A stretch of DNA of 64,000 nt from a virus, in the IMG/VR virus record IMGVR_UViG_3300036985_001643, positions 1-64,000 of that record; one strand, given 5' to 3'. The position numbers and the translations under genes were made by a program. The notes beneath the pieces were generated by a model. The model saw only the letters and a list, made by a program, of their open reading frames with translations. It had not been told where the DNA came from and made no database searches. Shown here in pieces: positions 1-9,468 of the stretch (position 1 is the first letter of the stretch; every line of letters starts with the position of its first letter).

Positions 1-238
1 AAATTTAGTAGGGGTTTTTGTTTTAGGTGCTAACCACTTAAGCACACACAGCACTTTAAAATATATGGGGGGATTGTTGTAAAGTTGTCACATATACTCT
101 TTCTTTAGTGTCTAAAAAATATAAAAATTATAGGTAGTGGTTATAGTTAGAAAAAAAATAAAGAATTACTAATAAGCAGGTATTCTTAAAAAACACCCTT
201 GTAGCCTATAGTACCACTACGATACAGAGGATTTATCC

Positions 239-290
239 ATGTACTATAAATCGTACATATATCGCATTCTATGTACGATTAATTGTACAT
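239..290. repeat. 52-bp imperfect palindrome (21-bp arms, 10-nt spacer) upstream of the RepL-like gene; putative operator or origin element
   Basis: AATCGTACATA (249-259) and TATGTACGATT (270-280) are perfect inverted repeats, extended by ATGTAC (239-244) and GTACAT (285-290). There are four symmetric GTAC cores. Confidence 0.8.
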
Positions 291-296
291 TTTTTG

Positions 297-304
297 TATA
301 TTTG
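297..304 (+). promoter_or_regulatory. Bacteroidota primary-sigma -7 element (TAnnTTTG)
   Basis: TATATTTG lies 14 nt before the probable ATG at 319. Confidence 0.6.
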
Positions 305-318
305 TAAGAAAAAGAAGT

Positions 319-837
319 ATGAGTAGTAGGATTATAAAACCTAAAGTAAAAGTAAAAGTTGATGTATCTCAATATGTAAATATGGAGACAGGGGAAAGTT
401 TAGGAGACGAGTTAAATGGTAAAGGAGTTGTTACTACTATCACAGAGGATGGTAAGTATGTGGTGGTAAATTCTGATGATTTTACTATTGTTGATTCTCA
501 AGCTATGAGATATCTTACTGAATGTCTTACTAGATCAGAGTTAGGTTCTTTAGGGATAATGACTTCTGATTTAAAAACTCCTCTTAATCTAGTGTTTAAT
601 TATAGTGTTCCTCACACTAATGAAACTTTACAAGCTGCTTTAGATATTGCCTCACGAAGTACTTTTACAGCACTGATTAGAAAGTTGATGGTTCTAGGTG
701 TACTGTATCAGATTAAGGGTAATATAATGGGAAAGGTTAGAGTGGTTTATATGATGAATCCTCTCTTTGCTAGAAAGAGGGCTAAAATGGATACAGTTAT
801 TTATGATGTGTTCAAAAAGTTAACACCTCTAAAGTAG
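319..837 (+). CDS. RepL-like winged-helix DNA-binding protein
   Basis: ORF track 283..837; the ATG at 319 is preferred because it follows the promoter. It has an HTH-like segment (LQAALDIASRSTFTALIRKL) followed by a RepL-type YMMNP motif. Confidence 0.6.
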   Translation: MSSRIIKPKVKVKVDVSQYVNMETGESLGDELNGKGVVTTITEDGKYVVVNSDDFTIVDSQAMRYLTECLTRSELGSLGIMTSDLKTPLNLVFNYSVPHTNETLQAALDIASRSTFTALIRKLMVLGVLYQIKGNIMGKVRVVYMMNPLFARKRAKMDTVIYDVFKKLTPLK

Positions 838-856
838 TCTATCTATATACTCTTAC

Positions 857-914
857 TATAAAATTCTTATATTAATTCATTATAATTTGGTAGTTAATAT
901 AAAATTCTTATATT
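857..914. repeat. 17-bp direct repeat TATAAAATTCTTATATT, two copies (857-873, 898-914); putative operator
   Basis: The two copies are exact, and the second overlaps the -7 element of the next gene. Confidence 0.7.
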
Positions 915-916
915 TG
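886..916 (+). promoter_or_regulatory. Bacteroidota-type promoter TTTG-N19-TAnnTTTG
   Basis: TTTG at 886-889, a 19-nt spacer, TATATTTG at 909-916, and ATG at 921. Confidence 0.7.
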
Positions 917-920
917 CTCT

Positions 921-1193
921 ATGATATTAGTGCATTTAGACATACAAGACTCTATACTTCTTAAGGCCAATGACAGGTCCTTCCATGTACTTCACAGTAT
1001 AATGTTACAGATGGACATAGAATCTAATGTTTGGTATGCTGATAGATTTAACAAACAAGAGCTGTGTAACAAGTTACATATTTCTCTTCCTTCTCTTGAT
1101 AAGATGATAGCTTCACTTAAAGAACGTGAGTTGCTTATACTTATACAGAGAGGTAAATACAAATTGAACGAACAATTGACAAATGGTTACTGA
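921..1193 (+). CDS. small winged-HTH protein
   Basis: KQELCNKLHISLPSLDKMIASLKERELL..RGKYKLN fits an HTH plus wing pattern. Confidence 0.6.
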   Translation: MILVHLDIQDSILLKANDRSFHVLHSIMLQMDIESNVWYADRFNKQELCNKLHISLPSLDKMIASLKERELLILIQRGKYKLNEQLTNGY

Positions 1194-1398
1194 GGTTAAA
1201 GTTGGAGAATTTATTTCCGAAGATCTTTTAAAGCTGTTCGCTAGAGAAGAAACTATTGTTAAGTCTTTTGAGCAATACTGCTTAAAGCATAACAAGGTTA
1301 TAACAACCAGGGTTGCATTGACAGCTGCTAACCCTGTTTTATTTATTTTACAAATTTTAATTAAAGATGGGAACAACGGAGAAATTACAACATGCTAA
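1183..1398 (+). CDS. hypothetical protein
   Basis: 71-aa ORF tightly packed between its neighbours. Confidence 0.55.
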   Translation: MVTEVKVGEFISEDLLKLFAREETIVKSFEQYCLKHNKVITTRVALTAANPVLFILQILIKDGNNGEITTC

Positions 1399-1753
1399 AC
1401 AAATGTTAGCAAGATGCTTTATTAATGCTTCGGATAGAGGTATGATTCATGGTTTAGCTTTTAAATATATTTCTGAGCCTGTAGAAACAGAGCAACATAA
1501 AGGATGGTCTTTTAAGGTTATCGTTAATGAAGCAGGTTACGGAGAAAGAACTATTCAAGAGTTTAAGTATGTGAGACCTGATAACGTAGATGCTAAGAAT
1601 ATGGAATACTTAGTGATCTCTGAGGTATTAGGAGAGTTAGTATTTGGTGCTTTACATACTTGGTACGAAGTTGCTAAGATGCTAGCTTCAGATAAACAGT
1701 TACAAAAAGTAATCATAGATGAAACAAAAAAAGGTAATATCTCTCCCAACTAA
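1367..1753 (+). CDS. hypothetical protein
   Basis: 128-aa ORF with phage-typical codon usage and operon packing. Confidence 0.7.
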   Translation: MGTTEKLQHAKQMLARCFINASDRGMIHGLAFKYISEPVETEQHKGWSFKVIVNEAGYGERTIQEFKYVRPDNVDAKNMEYLVISEVLGELVFGALHTWYEVAKMLASDKQLQKVIIDETKKGNISPN

Positions 1754-2285
1754 CGAGAGAAAGATATATCGTCAAATTCTTGCGTTTATGAACTTTATGT
1801 TAAACATCACACCGCAAGAAAGAAACGTACTCGCTGAGTTAATAAGATTAGATAGAGAATATGAAGCCTTACCTCAAGATAAAAGAGGTAAGTTCATACT
1901 TTCTACTGATATACGTAAGGATATTTGTAGGGACCTACAGATTCCTGATAAACAGTTTAATGTAGTTATCTCTCGTTTAAGAGCTAAGTTGCTATTTGGT
2001 AAACCTCTTATCGGAGAAGATAACTCTATACATCCTGAGTTATTAGTAAAACCTGATGAAGAAGGTTTCAAGATAGAGATTAACTTTGTTAATACTTTAA
2101 TCCCTCAATCTTCTACTAATACTCTTTCTACTCCTTCTAATATTACAAAACCGTCTATAGAAGAACCTCCTGTGACTACTACTACAGGCTTTTCTAATCC
2201 TGGAGGTTCCGATATAGATGCGTCTAAAGCTCCTGTTATTGAAGAGGAGGTCTTTGAATTTACTATTTCTACTCCTAATGAATAG
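1719..2285 (+). CDS. hypothetical protein, possible HTH domain with an S/T/P-rich tail
   Basis: RKDICRDLQIPDKQFNVVISRLRAK is HTH-like, and the C-terminus is low complexity. Confidence 0.55.
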   Translation: MKQKKVISLPTNERKIYRQILAFMNFMLNITPQERNVLAELIRLDREYEALPQDKRGKFILSTDIRKDICRDLQIPDKQFNVVISRLRAKLLFGKPLIGEDNSIHPELLVKPDEEGFKIEINFVNTLIPQSSTNTLSTPSNITKPSIEEPPVTTTTGFSNPGGSDIDASKAPVIEEEVFEFTISTPNE

Positions 2286-2532
2286 ACAAGAAAAAATATT
2301 AAAAGAAACAGCACTACACCATGGAATTACGCTCACCCAAGCTCAAGAAGTATGGCATCTATTTACAACTAAAGTTGCTGAAACCCTTAATGCAGTTGAT
2401 GTTAAGACTGACGGTTGTTTTGATCTTAGTAAATTTAACGTTGTTCATATTGATAATTTTGGTAAATTTATACCTAATACAAAAGGTATTACCGTGGCTA
2501 ACACATTAATTAAACAAGCAGAAAACAAATGA
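2278..2532 (+). CDS. IHF/HU-like DNA-binding protein
   Basis: The start MNRQEK at 2278 is preferred over 2218. A helix-turn-helix followed by VHIDNFGKF resembles the HU/IHF V.I.GFG.F signature, and IHF-like genes are typical of crAss-like phages. Confidence 0.6.
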   Translation: MNRQEKILKETALHHGITLTQAQEVWHLFTTKVAETLNAVDVKTDGCFDLSKFNVVHIDNFGKFIPNTKGITVANTLIKQAENK

Positions 2533-2804
2533 TAACAATAGATATTTTTCATCATTCTACTAATACTACACAGCTAGATTCTGTAGGTATTGATTACAAA
2601 CTTACAGATTGTGATTTACGACCTGTTACATTTTATACTATCGATGCTATTTCTTCTCATATTGAAGAAGGTATTAACTACGGTTCTATACATTGTAACG
2701 GTAGAGAATTTATAGCTTCTATTAGTTACCCAGAATTATGGGAAAAAATAAACAAACTTAAAAAAGATGAAGGCTCAACACGAAACGGTATATTGGCTTA
2801 CTAA
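2529..2804 (+). CDS. hypothetical protein
   Basis: 91-aa ORF with an ATGA overlap to the previous gene. Confidence 0.65.
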   Translation: MITIDIFHHSTNTTQLDSVGIDYKLTDCDLRPVTFYTIDAISSHIEEGINYGSIHCNGREFIASISYPELWEKINKLKKDEGSTRNGILAY

Positions 2805-3288
2805 TGCTGATCTTCTTATAATACCTTCTTTCCTTAAACTACACACCAAGGATAAGTCTAAAGGTAAAGAAGAATCTTCGAAGATAATGTGGGCAATGTA
2901 CTATGCGTTTCACCCTGAGTCTAAGTTCTTTCACTATCCTAACAAACAAGAAACAATAGAGAAATCTTTTATCAAAGATCCTAAGTTTAAGTGGGAAGCT
3001 TATCAAGATATAGTAGAAGACTTTAAGAACCTTGTACTTACTGATGCAGAACGTGCTTTACTATCTTGGAACGATATAATGATCATGAGGGATAACTCTA
3101 TCAAAGCATTATACAAACGTGCTTTAGAAATGTCTGATGTTGATGAGTTAGTTAAGATCGATAAGATGTTGGCCAATACTCCTAAGATGTTTGAGGACTA
3201 CAAAAAGATTAAAAAGGATTACGAAGAAGAACGTACTACCAAGAAAGGTAAGAAGATTTTATCATTAACAGATTCAGGAGAGATATAA
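2767..3288 (+). CDS. helical protein upstream of the terminase; candidate terminase small subunit
   Basis: Based on position, size (173 aa) and helical, charged composition. The function is inferred from position only. Confidence 0.45.
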   Translation: MKAQHETVYWLTNADLLIIPSFLKLHTKDKSKGKEESSKIMWAMYYAFHPESKFFHYPNKQETIEKSFIKDPKFKWEAYQDIVEDFKNLVLTDAERALLSWNDIMIMRDNSIKALYKRALEMSDVDELVKIDKMLANTPKMFEDYKKIKKDYEEERTTKKGKKILSLTDSGEI

Positions 3289-3290
3289 CG

Positions 3291-3536
3291 ATGAGTATTT
3301 GGGATAACAAGAAACAGATTTTAGAAGGTATTTCTAATACATTACTTAAGCAACAAGTAGTAGAAGCTATTGCTGCAGCAAGACAAGGGATATGTAACAA
3401 GTGTCCTAATAAGTCTACTGAATGTGCTGCACTTATTAGTACTTGCTGTTCACTATGTGGATGTTCTTTAAAATTTAAAACACGTTCATTGGAGTCTTCA
3501 TGTCCCGATGGACGTTGGCCAGCAATAAAAGAATAA
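3291..3536 (+). CDS. Cys-rich putative Zn-binding protein
   Basis: CNKC...CCSLCGCSL..KTRS..SCPDGRW pattern. Confidence 0.7.
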   Translation: MSIWDNKKQILEGISNTLLKQQVVEAIAAARQGICNKCPNKSTECAALISTCCSLCGCSLKFKTRSLESSCPDGRWPAIKE

Positions 3537-3538
3537 GT

Positions 3539-5719
3539 ATGTTAATAGAAAATTCTAACTTTCGTTTAAAAGAAATACCTACTTATCATCCTGAGTTAGA
3601 GTATTACGAACGTACTTCTTTTTGGAAGGATGAGAAACGTAAGTGTATAGAAGGATACTGGGTATCAGGTAAGTGGATGCCTGGACCTCTTTACTATTAC
3701 ATCAACTTCCACAACATACAATTTGAGGATGATTCATCTGTAGCACAGTCTTTTGGTTTACCTTTCTTAAGAGATATCGATTGGGAGTTCTTCTTACTGT
3801 ATGAAGAATGTAGAGGATTCTCAGGTTTCGCAGGAGATACTAAATACACATGCGATAGAAAGTATGGACCAGAAAAAGATCTAGCTCTTAAACTAAAACG
3901 TATTACTCAAGCACAGATTGATTCTATGACTTACGTTCCTGCAAGGGATTACTTAAGAAAGAATCATGGTAAGTCCCTAGGTAAACCTTTATACCGTAAT
4001 AGTTCTAAACACTTTATGAGTATACAGTCAAGGGGTGGTGGTAAGTCTTACGGTTCTTCAGGGTTAATTGCCCACAACTTTCTATTTGACGGATCAACAG
4101 ATTATGACGATTACCTAGAAAGACGTAAAGCTAAACAATATACTTCTTCTGAAACTATTGTAGGGGCTATTGATACTAAATATACGGAAACATTGGTATC
4201 TAAAGTGAAGACTGCTTTCGAGTTACTTCCTGGAAGTTTCCAAATGGGAGAGGATAGTATTTATTCTTCACCTTTATTTTCTGACTATACTGGTTCTTTA
4301 GCGTCTAACAGGTTTATCACTTCTAACCTTTCTAAGTCAAAGATTCACCATAAGACCTTTAAAGATAATCCTTTAGCAGCCAATGGTACACGTCCTAACT
4401 TAGTAGTAATGGATGAGGTAGGTTTCATGTACAACATCAAGGAAGCTTGGGGTGCTACAGAAGCTACTCAAGCATCAAAAGAAAAGAAGAATCTTGTTAT
4501 ATGGGCACTAGGAACAGGAGGTTTGGTATCGGGTAAAGCAGCTCTATACGCAGAGTCTATCTTTCGTAACCCTCAGGATTACAACTGTGTAGAGTTTGAG
4601 GATATATTTGAACATAGAGGTACTATAGGTTACTTTGTTCCTTACTCTAAAACACTAAACGAGTTTAAGAAAAATATTAACAAAGAGACTGATGAAGAAC
4701 TAGCAAGGTTATACATTCAGAATAAGAGAGATATCGCAAAGAAATCTTCCGATCCTACTGTATACCAAACAGAAATAATTAATGGACCAATGGTTCCTTC
4801 AGAGGCTTTCTTAGTACTAGAAGGTGCTTTCTTCCCTACACTACAGCTGAAAGAACAGTTAGCAGAAGTAGAAGGAGGAAAGTATAAGAAGTATATGGAA
4901 GCTTCGTTCAAAGGACATATTAGTTTTAACGATAAGAACGAACCAGAGTTCCACACCGAACAAGATGCTACACCTATTCGTAAGTTTCCTCTTTCAAGAA
5001 ACGATGAGAAAAAAGGATGCATAGAGTTGTGGATGAAACCACAAAAGAATCCTGAAGGAGTTATTCCTAGAGGTACTTATATAGCTGGTATTGACGTTGT
5101 TGATAAAGATAAAGCTACTACTGATTCTTTACCGTCTATTGTAGTAATGAATCGTTACACCCGTCAAATAGTTGCTGAGTATACAGGTAGAACTTCCGAA
5201 GCTAAAGACTTCTACGAGATATGTCGTAAGTTATTACTGTACTACAATGCAATAGGGATGTATGAGAAAAACCTTATTGGTTTGTACAACTACTTTGATC
5301 AAAACAAATGTACTTACCTATTAGCAGATACACCTTACCAATTACGTTCAAGTGATACGTACAAAGCAGGTACTAATACAGCTAAAGGTATTAATGCATC
5401 AGGAAGTGTTAACGCTGAAGCTCGTAACATGATTAAATCTTGGCTACAAGAAAAAGTATCAGAGAAATCAGAGTTAAGAGTATACGAAACTATATACTCT
5501 CCTGCAATGTTAACAGAGTTAACTATGTGGAATCCTGATGGTAACTTTGACCGTGTGTCTTCATTAGGTATGTTAATGTGGTTAGATGCTACAATGTTTA
5601 AAGAAGTACAGACTGTACGAGAAGAAGTAAAAGATTTTATGTCTCACGATTATTGGAGACAGATGGGAGTTATTAAAAAACCTCAAGACTTTGTAGATAC
5701 TTCAAAATATTATTCATAG
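3539..5719 (+). CDS. terL: terminase large subunit
   Basis: Walker A-like SRGGGKSY, Walker B VVMDEVG, coupling motif GTGG, and RNase H-like nuclease motifs YIAGIDVVD and GNFDRVS. The N-terminus is crAss-type (MPGPLYYYINF). Probable start is MLIENS at 3539 (ORF track 3500). Confidence 0.93.
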   Translation: MLIENSNFRLKEIPTYHPELEYYERTSFWKDEKRKCIEGYWVSGKWMPGPLYYYINFHNIQFEDDSSVAQSFGLPFLRDIDWEFFLLYEECRGFSGFAGDTKYTCDRKYGPEKDLALKLKRITQAQIDSMTYVPARDYLRKNHGKSLGKPLYRNSSKHFMSIQSRGGGKSYGSSGLIAHNFLFDGSTDYDDYLERRKAKQYTSSETIVGAIDTKYTETLVSKVKTAFELLPGSFQMGEDSIYSSPLFSDYTGSLASNRFITSNLSKSKIHHKTFKDNPLAANGTRPNLVVMDEVGFMYNIKEAWGATEATQASKEKKNLVIWALGTGGLVSGKAALYAESIFRNPQDYNCVEFEDIFEHRGTIGYFVPYSKTLNEFKKNINKETDEELARLYIQNKRDIAKKSSDPTVYQTEIINGPMVPSEAFLVLEGAFFPTLQLKEQLAEVEGGKYKKYMEASFKGHISFNDKNEPEFHTEQDATPIRKFPLSRNDEKKGCIELWMKPQKNPEGVIPRGTYIAGIDVVDKDKATTDSLPSIVVMNRYTRQIVAEYTGRTSEAKDFYEICRKLLLYYNAIGMYEKNLIGLYNYFDQNKCTYLLADTPYQLRSSDTYKAGTNTAKGINASGSVNAEARNMIKSWLQEKVSEKSELRVYETIYSPAMLTELTMWNPDGNFDRVSSLGMLMWLDATMFKEVQTVREEVKDFMSHDYWRQMGVIKKPQDFVDTSKYYS

Positions 5720-5724
5720 ATTTG
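5717..5724 (+). promoter_or_regulatory. TAnnTTTG -7 element upstream of the portal gene
   Basis: TAGATTTG overlaps the terL stop and lies 21 nt before the ATG at 5746. Confidence 0.5.
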
Positions 5725-5745
5725 CGTATTAAATAAATTATTAGT

Positions 5746-8190
5746 ATGAGTTCTCCAGTTAAGATGCAAGGTTATATCAGTTTCCCAAGACAGAAACTGC
5801 CTGATAGTAAGAAAGATGATAATTGGTACAAGAAGAATATAGACTTCGCTGAGCATTTGCTTACGTCTGATGTAAACCTACGTTCTAACTTTAAGAACAA
5901 GAAAACCAATTATAACCTAAGAGCTAACATTATTAATGTTAAAGACTTTGAAAAGTTTATTAATCCTGACAACCTTGACCTAGAGTCACTACCTGCTTCT
6001 TATCAACATATTGGTATTGAGAACAGTAAGATTAACTTGCTGTTAGGAGAATACGCTAAAAGAAAGAAAGAGTTTAAAGCTTACATATCTGCTAACGATA
6101 CTGACGGTATTGGAAGAAAAGAACAACAATTGATGGAACAAATCCGTCAAGAAGTTACAGGTATTATTACTTCTACTTCTGTTACAGAAGATGAGATTAA
6201 AAAAAGATTAGACCAATTACAACGTAATACTTACGAGTTCCAAGATATCGCTGAGATTACTGCCAATAAGATCTTGAAGAAAGAGTATAAAGAAGGAGAC
6301 TTTGATTTCCTATTCTTAAGAACTTTCGAAGATTTATTAGTAGGGGGAGAAGAGATAATGTATTGTGGAGTATTAGGAGGTAACCCAGTAATGAGAAGGG
6401 TTAATCCTATGAACCTTTATACAATGGGAGGTAACTCTATGTACTTAGAGGATGCTGACATTATTGTAGAATACGGTTATAAATCTATAGGTCAAATAAT
6501 AGATGACTATTGGGACGTTATATCTGAAGAAGATGTAGATTTCCTAGAGAGAGGTAAAACAGATGCTTCTGCTGGAGGTGGAGGTATAGGATTAAATAGA
6601 GATGTATCAGTATATGATTACTACGGTGAACAAGGTGCTCTATCTATATTTCATCCTAACGAGATGGGAACAAGAACTTTTGCTGGAGCTTTTGACACTT
6701 ATGGGAATGTACGTGTATTAAAAGTATGTTGGAGATCTAGAAGAAAGATTGGTGAGCTTACTTACTTTGATGAAGACGGTAACGAACAAAAAGATTATGT
6801 TCCTGAAGATTACAAACCTAATAAAGAATTAGGAGAAGTAGTTAATTGGAAGTGGGTTAATGAGTGGATGGAAGGTACAAAGATTGCTGACCATATTTAC
6901 ACAGTAATGAGACCTGTTCCTTATGCTTCTAAATCTCTAGTAAACAAATCTAAAGGTACACCACCTTACGTAGGTTCTGTAAATAGTACTAACGATTACA
7001 AAGTACAATCATTGATGGATATCATGAAACCAATGACATACTCTTACGATATCGCCTATTACAAAAGAGAACTAGCTATTGCTACATACAAAGGTTCTTT
7101 CACTGCATTAAATAGTTCATTAGTACCTGCAGGATGGGATCCTAAAGAATGGATGAGATACGTTACTATCAATAAGTTTGCTTGGTTAGATCCTACTAAT
7201 GAGATACTTAAAGGACCTTCTCAAGGTAAATCAGCAGGAGCTTTCAATACCTTAACAGCACAACAAATACAAGTAGGAGATCCTAACGAGATATCTATGT
7301 ATACTAATTTAATGTATGATATAGAAACTACTCTAGGTAAACTTGCTGGTGTTACTGGTGCACGAGAAGGACAAATTGGTACTAACGATGCAGTAGGTAA
7401 TACAGAAAGAGAACTTACACAAACTTCACATATTACTGAAAAGTGGTTTGCGATAGACGCTAACTTCCGTAAAAGAGTACTTACTAAATTCTTGGAGTGT
7501 TGTAAATATGCTTACAAAACTAATCCTAAGAAAGGACAATTCTTACTTGATGACTTAGGACAACAGATGGTATCACACTTTGACGAATTTGTTTCTTCAG
7601 AGTTTGACTTACATGTTTCTAATTCTACTAACGATACTAAGTTATACGAAGACTTAAGAGCTCTATCTCAAGCAGCTATCCAAAATGGTCAAGCTACTAT
7701 CAGTGACTTAATTGCTATTACTCAGTCTGAATCTGTACAAGAAATTGCTAAACGTTTAGAAGACTCAGCAAGAAGAATCAAAGAAGATAACGATAAGATG
7801 CAACAACAACAGTTGGAGCAACAAGCACAAGCACAACAAGCTCAAATGCAAAACGAGAAAGAAAAACGTGCTTTCGAGATTCAAAAACACAATGACGAGA
7901 TTGCTGTTAAACGTGAACAAATTGATGCTGACATTCAAATAGCAGGTATGAAGGAAGATTATACTAATCTACGTCACGGTATTGATACTAGTTTAGAAGC
8001 TAATAGAATAGATACAGATAAGAATGGTATTGATGATTATCTAGATACTAAACGTACAGAGATCGATGAAAACTATAAAAACGAACAAGTAAGAATAGCA
8101 GATGCAAAACTTGCAGAGACTGCAAGAGCTAACAGAGCTAAAGAAGAAATACAGCGTAAAGCTGCTAATAGCAAACCTACAGTCAGATAA
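5746..8190 (+). CDS. portal protein (crAss-like)
   Basis: 814 aa directly after terL, with crAss-type FPRQKLP..KDDNW N-terminus, W.S.RKIG, WVNEWMEGTKI and GVT..REGQI motifs, and a Q-rich coiled-coil tail with a DxDxNG motif. Confidence 0.88.
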   Translation: MSSPVKMQGYISFPRQKLPDSKKDDNWYKKNIDFAEHLLTSDVNLRSNFKNKKTNYNLRANIINVKDFEKFINPDNLDLESLPASYQHIGIENSKINLLLGEYAKRKKEFKAYISANDTDGIGRKEQQLMEQIRQEVTGIITSTSVTEDEIKKRLDQLQRNTYEFQDIAEITANKILKKEYKEGDFDFLFLRTFEDLLVGGEEIMYCGVLGGNPVMRRVNPMNLYTMGGNSMYLEDADIIVEYGYKSIGQIIDDYWDVISEEDVDFLERGKTDASAGGGGIGLNRDVSVYDYYGEQGALSIFHPNEMGTRTFAGAFDTYGNVRVLKVCWRSRRKIGELTYFDEDGNEQKDYVPEDYKPNKELGEVVNWKWVNEWMEGTKIADHIYTVMRPVPYASKSLVNKSKGTPPYVGSVNSTNDYKVQSLMDIMKPMTYSYDIAYYKRELAIATYKGSFTALNSSLVPAGWDPKEWMRYVTINKFAWLDPTNEILKGPSQGKSAGAFNTLTAQQIQVGDPNEISMYTNLMYDIETTLGKLAGVTGAREGQIGTNDAVGNTERELTQTSHITEKWFAIDANFRKRVLTKFLECCKYAYKTNPKKGQFLLDDLGQQMVSHFDEFVSSEFDLHVSNSTNDTKLYEDLRALSQAAIQNGQATISDLIAITQSESVQEIAKRLEDSARRIKEDNDKMQQQQLEQQAQAQQAQMQNEKEKRAFEIQKHNDEIAVKREQIDADIQIAGMKEDYTNLRHGIDTSLEANRIDTDKNGIDDYLDTKRTEIDENYKNEQVRIADAKLAETARANRAKEEIQRKAANSKPTVR

Positions 8191-8278
8191 GGCTATAGGT
8201 TTGTTTATGTTTATAAAATAAATTGCTATAATTTATTAAAATAATTTTAATATTGTAACCAATTAACGACAGCATACA

Positions 8279-9433
8279 ATGAGTGTAGAAAACGATGATT
8301 TATTTGAAGGACTTCAAATAATGTCTCCCTCAGAGTTAAATAGTGCAGTAGCAGCTACTAACGAAGGGACACCAACAGAAGAAGTAAATGAAGAATTTAC
8401 TTTAGAACCAGTAAGATCTGAAAGTGGAGATTCAGAAACGACTAAAGAAACAAGAGAAGCAACACCTCGCACAAACGACACTAACGAGAGTCAGAGCGAT
8501 GTAGTTTATAAAGCTTTAATTAAAGAACTTGTTAAAGGAGGTGTAATTACTGCAGAAGAAGCAGAGTTAGACGAATTACCAGGTAGCTTTGATACAATTA
8601 AAGATTTATTAGCTAAGACTATTGATAAAACAGTCGAAGAGAAACAAGAAGGATGGAAGAAAGGTTTGTCACCTACTAAAAAAAGATTCTTAGAAATCGA
8701 AGATGCATTTGACGAAACTGATCACGCTATCTTGATGGCTCAACGATTAGAGTTCTTTGAAAATACTAGTGTAGAACAAGTGAAAGAAAGCGTAGACTTG
8801 CAAAAACAAATCTACTATGAGCAATTAAAAGCTAAGAACTTCTCTCACGAAGATGCAGTAGAAGCTATTGATGATGCATTAGCAGTGAACAAATTAGAAG
8901 AGAAAGCTTTAAAAGCTATCCCTGAATTAAAGTCACAGTCTGAAGCTATCGTTAGAGAAGCTAAAGATGCTAAAGAAACAAAAAGCAAAGCTGAGTTAGA
9001 AGCTCAGACTAAAGCGTTTGAATCTTTATTGTCTAATGTAGATTCTAGAGATGCTTTCATCGATGGTCTTACTTTAAACAAAGTAGCTAAAGATAAGTTA
9101 AAAGCTAACATCATTAACCCTGTACACACTGATCCTAAAACAGGAAAAGAGTATAACAGTTTAATGTACAAACAACACAGAAACCCTGCAGAGTTTGAGA
9201 TGCTTATCAACTACTACGATACACTAGGATTATTTAATATTGATAAAGAAGGTAAGTTTAAACCAGATATTACCAAAATTAAAGCAGTAGCTAAAACAGC
9301 AGCCATCAACGAGTTGGATAAAGTAATAGCTACAGAGGAACAAAGAGGAGTAGGTCGTAACACATCTATGGAAACCTCTAAGAAAACAGAAGGGATATTA
9401 AGCATGCTTGAAAGAGCAATTAGTAATAAATAA
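8279..9433 (+). CDS. putative capsid scaffolding protein
   Basis: Acidic N-terminus, coiled-coil character, and a position between portal and MCP. Confidence 0.65.
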   Translation: MSVENDDLFEGLQIMSPSELNSAVAATNEGTPTEEVNEEFTLEPVRSESGDSETTKETREATPRTNDTNESQSDVVYKALIKELVKGGVITAEEAELDELPGSFDTIKDLLAKTIDKTVEEKQEGWKKGLSPTKKRFLEIEDAFDETDHAILMAQRLEFFENTSVEQVKESVDLQKQIYYEQLKAKNFSHEDAVEAIDDALAVNKLEEKALKAIPELKSQSEAIVREAKDAKETKSKAELEAQTKAFESLLSNVDSRDAFIDGLTLNKVAKDKLKANIINPVHTDPKTGKEYNSLMYKQHRNPAEFEMLINYYDTLGLFNIDKEGKFKPDITKIKAVAKTAAINELDKVIATEEQRGVGRNTSMETSKKTEGILSMLERAISNK

Positions 9434-9468
9434 CAACAGATTCGTCTAACAATTAATTAAAAAAGGAA

